DNA of 64,000 nucleotides, taken from the NCBI GenBank assembly GCA_902629125.1, contig CACOPQ010000009.1, positions 14 through 64,013 on the forward strand. The letters run 5' to 3'. The translations under genes and the position numbers were made by a program. Below, piece by piece: positions 58,537-64,000 of this stretch (position 1 is the first letter of the stretch; each line of letters opens with the position of its first letter). The notes beneath the pieces were generated by a model, which ran no database searches, was not told the origin of the DNA, and saw nothing but the letters and a program-made list of their open reading frames with translations. This DNA comes from an uncultured Alphaproteobacteria bacterium (GTDB taxonomy: Bacteria; Pseudomonadota; Alphaproteobacteria; Thalassobaculales; Thalassobaculaceae).

Positions 58537-59730
58537 ATGCCGGCTAAACCAGCTTCAGAGGCCTTAAAAAGATTTACGGTGCTAGATCTAACCCGCGTAA
58601 GAGCAGGGCCAACATGTGTCCGACAGTTAGCTGACTGGGGGGCTAACGTTATAAAAATAGAACTACCGGAGGCTATGGAAAGTGGAAATGGACTTGGTGG
58701 CGCTCGGCATGGTCCCGATTTCCTAAACTTGCATAGAAACAAACGTGCTATGACACTTAATCTAAAGGAAAGTAAAGGTGTTGATCTGCTAAAGCGGTTA
58801 GTGAAAAAAGCGGACGTTATCGTGGAAAATTATCGACCGGAGGTGAAACAACGCTTAGGTATAGACTATGATATTCTAAGTAAAGAAAATCCAGCACTTG
58901 TATACGCAAGTATCTCGGGTTTTGGACAAGATGGTCCGTATGCAAAACGACCAGGCTTCGATCAAATCGCCCAGGGAATGGGAGGGGTAATGTCTATCAC
59001 AGGGTTGCCGGGGCAGGGGCCTGTTAGGGCAGGTATCCCGATAGCTGATTTATGCGCGGGCCTATTTGCGGCCCAGGGAATTATGATCGCTCTTCTCGAG
59101 CGAGAGGTCTCAGGTAAAGGTCAATGGATCGATACTTCATTGCTCCAAGCTCAGCTTTTTATGCTAGATTTTCAGGCAGCACGTTGGTTAGTCGATGGTG
59201 ATGTTCCTCAACAGGCTGGCAATAACCATCCAACGAGTATTCCGACCGGAGTATTTAAAACCAAAGATGGTTATATTAATTTGGGTGTTGCAGGACAGGT
59301 AATTTGGAAGAGGTTTTGCGATCTAGTTGGTCGGGAGGATTTACGCGATCATCCAGACTATTCTGACGCTGAAGCACGATCAAAAAATAGAGATGCGCTA
59401 AATGAAGAAATTGGATCATTCATAAAAACAGAAACATCTAGTTATTGGGTTGAGCTGTTGAATAAAAATGGTGTGCCTAGTGGCCCGATTTACAGCATCG
59501 ACCAAGCGTTTGAGGACCCTCAAGTTAAGCATTTGGAAATGGCCAAGAAAGTTAAAGGGCATGCTCGGGGAGATATAAATCTTGTGGGGCAGCCAGTTCG
59601 CCTCTCTCGTACACCTAGCGGAATGTCGCTGCCGCCTCCCGATTATGGGGAACACACCAATGAGATACTCGATGAACTTGGATTAAGTGATGCCGAGATA
59701 AAAGAACTTCGCGAATCAAACATTATTTAA
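58537..59730 (+). CDS. family III CoA-transferase (CaiB/BaiF/Frc type)
   Basis: VLDLTRVRAGP, ENYRP and GFDQIAQGMGG motifs. The ATG at 58537 follows GAGGAG, so I prefer it to the track start at 58510. Confidence 0.85.
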   Translation: MPAKPASEALKRFTVLDLTRVRAGPTCVRQLADWGANVIKIELPEAMESGNGLGGARHGPDFLNLHRNKRAMTLNLKESKGVDLLKRLVKKADVIVENYRPEVKQRLGIDYDILSKENPALVYASISGFGQDGPYAKRPGFDQIAQGMGGVMSITGLPGQGPVRAGIPIADLCAGLFAAQGIMIALLEREVSGKGQWIDTSLLQAQLFMLDFQAARWLVDGDVPQQAGNNHPTSIPTGVFKTKDGYINLGVAGQVIWKRFCDLVGREDLRDHPDYSDAEARSKNRDALNEEIGSFIKTETSSYWVELLNKNGVPSGPIYSIDQAFEDPQVKHLEMAKKVKGHARGDINLVGQPVRLSRTPSGMSLPPPDYGEHTNEILDELGLSDAEIKELRESNII

Positions 59731-59758
59731 TTATTCTGAAAGCGGAAGGTGAAATGAT

Positions 59759-60571
59759 ATGATTGTTGAAGATATCGTAGGACGTGGTTCTGGCCCTCTA
59801 TTGAGTGAAGTTCATGAAAAGATTGCTTGGATAGTATTTAATAATCCCCAACGCATGAATGCGATGTCTCAAGAGATGTGGGATAATGCAGCGAGCTTGT
59901 TAGATAAATACGGGTCGGATCCAGATGTCCGAGCGATAGTTTTGACGGGTGCAGGTGAAAGGGCTTTTGTCGCTGGGGCTGATATTTCCAAATTTGAAAC
60001 AGAAAGAGCTTCAGCAGAAGCGATGGCTTCATACAACCAGTCCGTGGCAAATTTTCATGATTCCTTAAATGTAATCACGAAACCAACCATTGCCCGTGTC
60101 AATGGGTATTGTATAGGCGGCGGTTTAGCAATAGCTATAGGCTGTGACATAAGAATTTGTTCTGAAAAATCTACTTTTGGGGTTCCCGCAGCAAAACTGG
60201 GGATAGGATATAAAGCTAAAGGGATAATGGAGTTAGAAAGGTTGGTTGGGCCTGCTTTTACGGCAGAAATCTTCTACACAGGGCGCCAGTTTTCTTCGGA
60301 GGAGGCCAAGGTTATGAGACTTGTTAATCATGTAGTTTCTGAAGGTAAGTTAGATGAAGCTGTTGCAGATCTTTTAGGACGAATTGCTCAAAATGCCCCA
60401 CTTTCCATCAGAGCGGTCAAGGAATCTTTAATAGAGACAGGAAAACCTGAATCAGCGAGGGATTTCTCAGCTCACCACTCTACAGTCGAACAGTGTCAAA
60501 CCAGTAGTGATTATACGGAAGGGAGGACGGCCTTCATGGAAAAACGTCGCCCAGTATTTAGAGGAACATAA
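59759..60571 (+). CDS. enoyl-CoA hydratase/isomerase (crotonase) family protein
   Basis: LTGAGERAFVAGADI, GYCIGGG and FMEKR motifs. Confidence 0.85.
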   Translation: MIVEDIVGRGSGPLLSEVHEKIAWIVFNNPQRMNAMSQEMWDNAASLLDKYGSDPDVRAIVLTGAGERAFVAGADISKFETERASAEAMASYNQSVANFHDSLNVITKPTIARVNGYCIGGGLAIAIGCDIRICSEKSTFGVPAAKLGIGYKAKGIMELERLVGPAFTAEIFYTGRQFSSEEAKVMRLVNHVVSEGKLDEAVADLLGRIAQNAPLSIRAVKESLIETGKPESARDFSAHHSTVEQCQTSSDYTEGRTAFMEKRRPVFRGT

Positions 60572-60604
60572 AACCGATACCTTTACTTATGCAGTAGCGG
60601 GAAT

Positions 60605-61660
60605 TTAATCTGTAGCCTTTTCTTTAGTAAGAGTGTCGGGTGTTTCGTTGAGCCGTTTGATAACATCATCTCCTAACCAAAACTCCCATCCCCTGGTTTT
60701 GGAATTTATGTTTCGTGCTTCGTCTTTAACTTTTTCTTTTGCGTTTTTTGTTGTCACGGCTGAAATATGAGCCCATTGTCGCTTATCGCTTCCGTCTTCT
60801 CTTGCTAGTTTTAATGTTACGATCAATCCATCAGGGGTTTGCCACGCTACGGATCTTAGGTTGGGGTTCGGTGTGAGTTTAGCCGGTCGAACATCTTTTA
60901 GTGTGAGATTTTCTGGTATGGTCCCAACATTTAAAACACGGTATCGCGATTTAATTTCCCGGTCTTTGGATAAATCTTGTATCTCAAAGCGTTCCATATC
61001 CTTATTATACTGCAGTTTTAAAGTTGGTTGATTAGAGGATTGGAAACTTGCTTCAAGTATTCGCTCGCGCTGAATTGATAATAATACCACAGATAACCAG
61101 TCTAAAATTTCTCCTCGTACTTCTAACTCGCCGCGCACCAACCAAGTTTGAGCATCATTAGATTGGCGGAAATAGGCAGAAGGTGTTCCACCAGAGAGAT
61201 TCCGAACGCGTTTGCCAAAGTGTGAATCAACGAGAATTTTGCCGCTATCGTCTTCTAAAATTATCTGTGTTGCTTTAGAGGTTTTTAGATTTGTATCTTC
61301 CAAGTTCAGTTTCTTATGTCTTTTTGGGTCTTTTGTTTTTGCTTCCAAATAAACCAGTTCTGTCAAACCCAAGAGCGTCTCGCGGATAGCGGTGTCCCTT
61401 GCTAGGTAACCTCCTTTTTCGAGAACTTTCCAATGTTTCCCTTCAGGGATAATTGTAAAACTCCCCTTTTGGGAACCTTGAGAATTTTTGATTGTAATTT
61501 TTCTAATTGACCCGATCTCGGATGCCAATTCTGGAAAAACCAAAGTTTCTGTAACTTTGCTTATAGTGCTAGATAATCTCTCATAATACACGGAGAAAGC
61601 CGCCACGGTGACAACTAGTGTTAATAAGGCCAGTTTAATTACAAATTTTTTGTTTAGCAT
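60605..61660 (-). CDS. DUF4340-like periplasmic protein (second copy)
   Basis: Same architecture and gene position as 41699..42733: signal-anchor plus a beta-rich domain. Confidence 0.55.
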   Translation of the reverse strand: MLNKKFVIKLALLTLVVTVAAFSVYYERLSSTISKVTETLVFPELASEIGSIRKITIKNSQGSQKGSFTIIPEGKHWKVLEKGGYLARDTAIRETLLGLTELVYLEAKTKDPKRHKKLNLEDTNLKTSKATQIILEDDSGKILVDSHFGKRVRNLSGGTPSAYFRQSNDAQTWLVRGELEVRGEILDWLSVVLLSIQRERILEASFQSSNQPTLKLQYNKDMERFEIQDLSKDREIKSRYRVLNVGTIPENLTLKDVRPAKLTPNPNLRSVAWQTPDGLIVTLKLAREDGSDKRQWAHISAVTTKNAKEKVKDEARNINSKTRGWEFWLGDDVIKRLNETPDTLTKEKATD

Positions 61661-61676
61661 ATTCTCTTCTAATCAT

Positions 61677-63629
61677 CTAAAATTTGTAGGCATGTCTCTT
61701 GTGCCGGATGCTTCGTGCAATCGCTAAAATGATAAGGAAAGCAGTAAGAACCAGAGGAACCAAGGCTATATTAAAAAACCAAAGCCTCATTTCCAAACTC
61801 TCATATTCATTAGTTAATGAACGGCGCACTTTTCTGAGTTCTGATCTTAATTTTAAAATTTCACGCTGCATTTTTTCCATCGTGCGCTGATCGCTTTTGG
61901 ATACAACGGCTTCACTGCCTTCCGGATTTTTTTGCCTTAATTCTTTCAATTTTTTTTCGGTATTCAATAGAGTTTGTCTAAGTTGACGTTCTTTATCTTC
62001 AAATTTTTGCGAGGCTATTTGTTGAATGTTTCGTAATACTTCGAATGGACGGCTCGCCGTACCGCGTCCTCGCAAAGCCATTAAATTGCTTCCGCCAGAT
62101 AAAGATTCTATCGCATTTAAAACAAAATCACCGTTGTTGGCTGTTGCGACAGGTACCTTTTGTCCGGCAAAATCCCTTTTTATTACCCAGAACCGATCTG
62201 CCAGTATATCGGCATCGGCTACAACGATGACGTCAATCGGCTGGGATGATGTTTTCAATGTTTTATTTGGTGGACGGATCGGCTTGGTATCCTTCTTTCC
62301 GTTTGCAGCGTGATTGCTTTTTGTTTCAGTTAGTCCTTCCGGGAAACTGGACTGAACCGTTCCATTAACACGAGCGGCAATAGTGTATTGACCGTCACCA
62401 GGTGTAAATTCCCTTAATAGCTTTTTAGGATTGCGAAACCCTTGCACTTTTTTTGCACTTATCAAATTAGAACCGGGGGATGAAACTAAAAGTGGGGATA
62501 TCTTAATTGGAGCTTCTTTTGATGCACTTATATGGCCGGCGCTAGCCACTGCAACAACCTCGATGCTTGACGTAATAGGAGACCGCCGATCTAGGCTTGA
62601 TCCTCTAAGTTCTAGCCAGGGAAGGTATTCAATCAGGCGGTTACCTGCCTCAGGCAAAACTTTCCGAGCGCTTAAACGGTCTACAACCACCTTGCCGGGA
62701 TCGTACTTAAGACCCCATGTATCAAAAAGTTTTGCAAGTGAGCTACCCTCAATTGATGGACGCATCATTTGGCCCTGCATTGCCTCAGTTTCAGCAAAAG
62801 GATCAACAAAAATAATCGCTTTACCGCCAGCTAGCAAATATTGGTCTATAGAAAACAGTGTTTTTTCCGATGTGTTTTTTGGATGAACTATCAACAAAAC
62901 ATTTATGTCTTCTGGAACGCCGTCGAGTTCTTTGCCTAAAAACCTTGTCTCGAACAAGCTTCCAATTTGATCACGAACTACGTAGGGCGGCACTGCTTCT
63001 TGTTGGCCGGTCGCGGTGAACTTTACGGTTCCGTCAGTTGGAAGCGTGCTGAGTATTCCAACTACTGTTGGTTTTGTCTTTGCTAACGCAAAAAGCATTC
63101 TTGATATATCATATTCCAAGAATGCTTCCCTATCTATCTGGATAAAAGGTATTTTTTCAATATCATCGGTGGTATTCGTGCCAACCAAACCAAAATACAT
63201 ATTGTCGCCACCACTAACAGCTGGGATACCTCGCAAACCGGAAGCTACAGCTCTATCCTCGATATTAGAGAATGGAATTGGGTCTAGTAACTCCAGTTTA
63301 ATTTTGCCGCCTGATATACTTTGGTATTCAGCTAACAGATCGCGAACACGATTTGCGTATACACCTAGGTGGGGAACTTGTTGCGAAAGGCCTGATGAGA
63401 CATAAAGTCTAAAAGTTATTTGTTCATCTAGCTCATTGATTAGCGATTTTGTTGATGGGGAAAGCGTGTAAAGGTTATCTTGGGTAAGGTCTAAACGTTT
63501 TGAATGCATAGAACCAGCGGCAAGGATATTTACTGCGATAAAGAGAATGCCGAGCAGAACCAAACTTATTACAGCAAAGCGAGCAGCATTTTCTGCATTT
63601 CCGTCTATGCTTTTCGTCGTCTCTTTCAT
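61677..63629 (-). CDS. GldG-like ABC-transporter auxiliary protein (second copy)
   Basis: Collinear paralogue of 39810..41699 (ADADILADRFWV, ANNGDFVLNAIESLSGG, coiled coil, C-terminal TM). Confidence 0.7.
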   Translation of the reverse strand: MKETTKSIDGNAENAARFAVISLVLLGILFIAVNILAAGSMHSKRLDLTQDNLYTLSPSTKSLINELDEQITFRLYVSSGLSQQVPHLGVYANRVRDLLAEYQSISGGKIKLELLDPIPFSNIEDRAVASGLRGIPAVSGGDNMYFGLVGTNTTDDIEKIPFIQIDREAFLEYDISRMLFALAKTKPTVVGILSTLPTDGTVKFTATGQQEAVPPYVVRDQIGSLFETRFLGKELDGVPEDINVLLIVHPKNTSEKTLFSIDQYLLAGGKAIIFVDPFAETEAMQGQMMRPSIEGSSLAKLFDTWGLKYDPGKVVVDRLSARKVLPEAGNRLIEYLPWLELRGSSLDRRSPITSSIEVVAVASAGHISASKEAPIKISPLLVSSPGSNLISAKKVQGFRNPKKLLREFTPGDGQYTIAARVNGTVQSSFPEGLTETKSNHAANGKKDTKPIRPPNKTLKTSSQPIDVIVVADADILADRFWVIKRDFAGQKVPVATANNGDFVLNAIESLSGGSNLMALRGRGTASRPFEVLRNIQQIASQKFEDKERQLRQTLLNTEKKLKELRQKNPEGSEAVVSKSDQRTMEKMQREILKLRSELRKVRRSLTNEYESLEMRLWFFNIALVPLVLTAFLIILAIARSIRHKRHAYKF

Positions 63630-64000
63630 CTAAGTAGCCTTGCGCCAGTCAATTATTAATGCATTCGCAATCAACGAAATAACTATTATCGAGGCAAAGA
63701 AAAATAAATCCCGAAGATCGATTACCCCTCGTTGGATTGATTGAAAATGAGGAAGAAAACCAAAATTACCTACTGCCTGAACGAATTCAGATGGCGCCCA
63801 AGCTGAAAAAAAGTCGAGTACTACCGATGAGCCGGCTAGAGTAAAGAGGAAACAGACAGCGGTTGTTAAAACGAAGGCAATTATTTGGTTTTTTGTTGTG
63901 GCTGATAGCATGGAGCCAATAGCTAAATAGGATCCGGCCATAAGAGCGCTGCCTAAATACGAAGCGAAAATAACCCCATTATCTGGTTTGCCCAGGTAAT
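63630..64000 (-). CDS. ABC-2 type transporter permease (second copy), 5' end outside window
   Basis: The C-terminal 103 aa align with the C-terminus of 39068..39799 (WAPS/WAPEW ... F..I..GVI..R...FF.S). The frame stays open to the window edge, so the internal Met in the track is not the real start. Confidence 0.65.
   Translation of the reverse strand, partial: YLGKPDNGVIFASYLGSALMAGSYLAIGSMLSATTKNQIIAFVLTTAVCFLFTLAGSSVVLDFFSAWAPSEFVQAVGNFGFLPHFQSIQRGVIDLRDLFFFASIIVISLIANALIIDWRKAT

Overview
The window reads as a syntenic core-chromosome segment of a moderately AT-rich alphaproteobacterium; G+C was judged by eye, not computed. The taxonomic call rests on several gene blocks: tsaE-amgK-murU-addB-addA-trxA, aroA-cmk-rpsA-ihfB-lapA-trpFBA-accD-folC, an alpha-type AddAB, and CcmI/CycH. 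About 60 protein genes and one tRNA-Ala(GGC) are packed tightly, and many stop/start codons overlap. I found no rRNA, CRISPR array, transposase, integrase, prophage or recognisable defence island, so I cannot point to a clear-cut new system. The best leads for under-described biology are these. (1) An unannotated 57-codon ORF whose stop overlaps the start (ATGA) of an amidase-signature enzyme, possibly a GatC/AtzG-like small subunit. (2) Two diverged, inverted copies of an uncharacterised ABC-2 permease / GldG-like / DUF4340 module; one lacks an adjacent ATPase and sits directly after the tRNA. (3) A four-gene envelope glycolipid (probably lipid A) remodelling operon: ArnT-like GT39, PAP2 phosphatase, GT2, and a stand-alone LAB_N membrane protein. 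(4) A complete single-locus ccmABCDEFGHI operon, including a 58-aa ccmD missing from the ORF track. (5) Two reading-frame breaks located exactly in 9-11 nt G homopolymers, one of them in the normally essential tadA; these are most likely sequence errors. All product calls come from reading motifs in the supplied translations; no database search was run.
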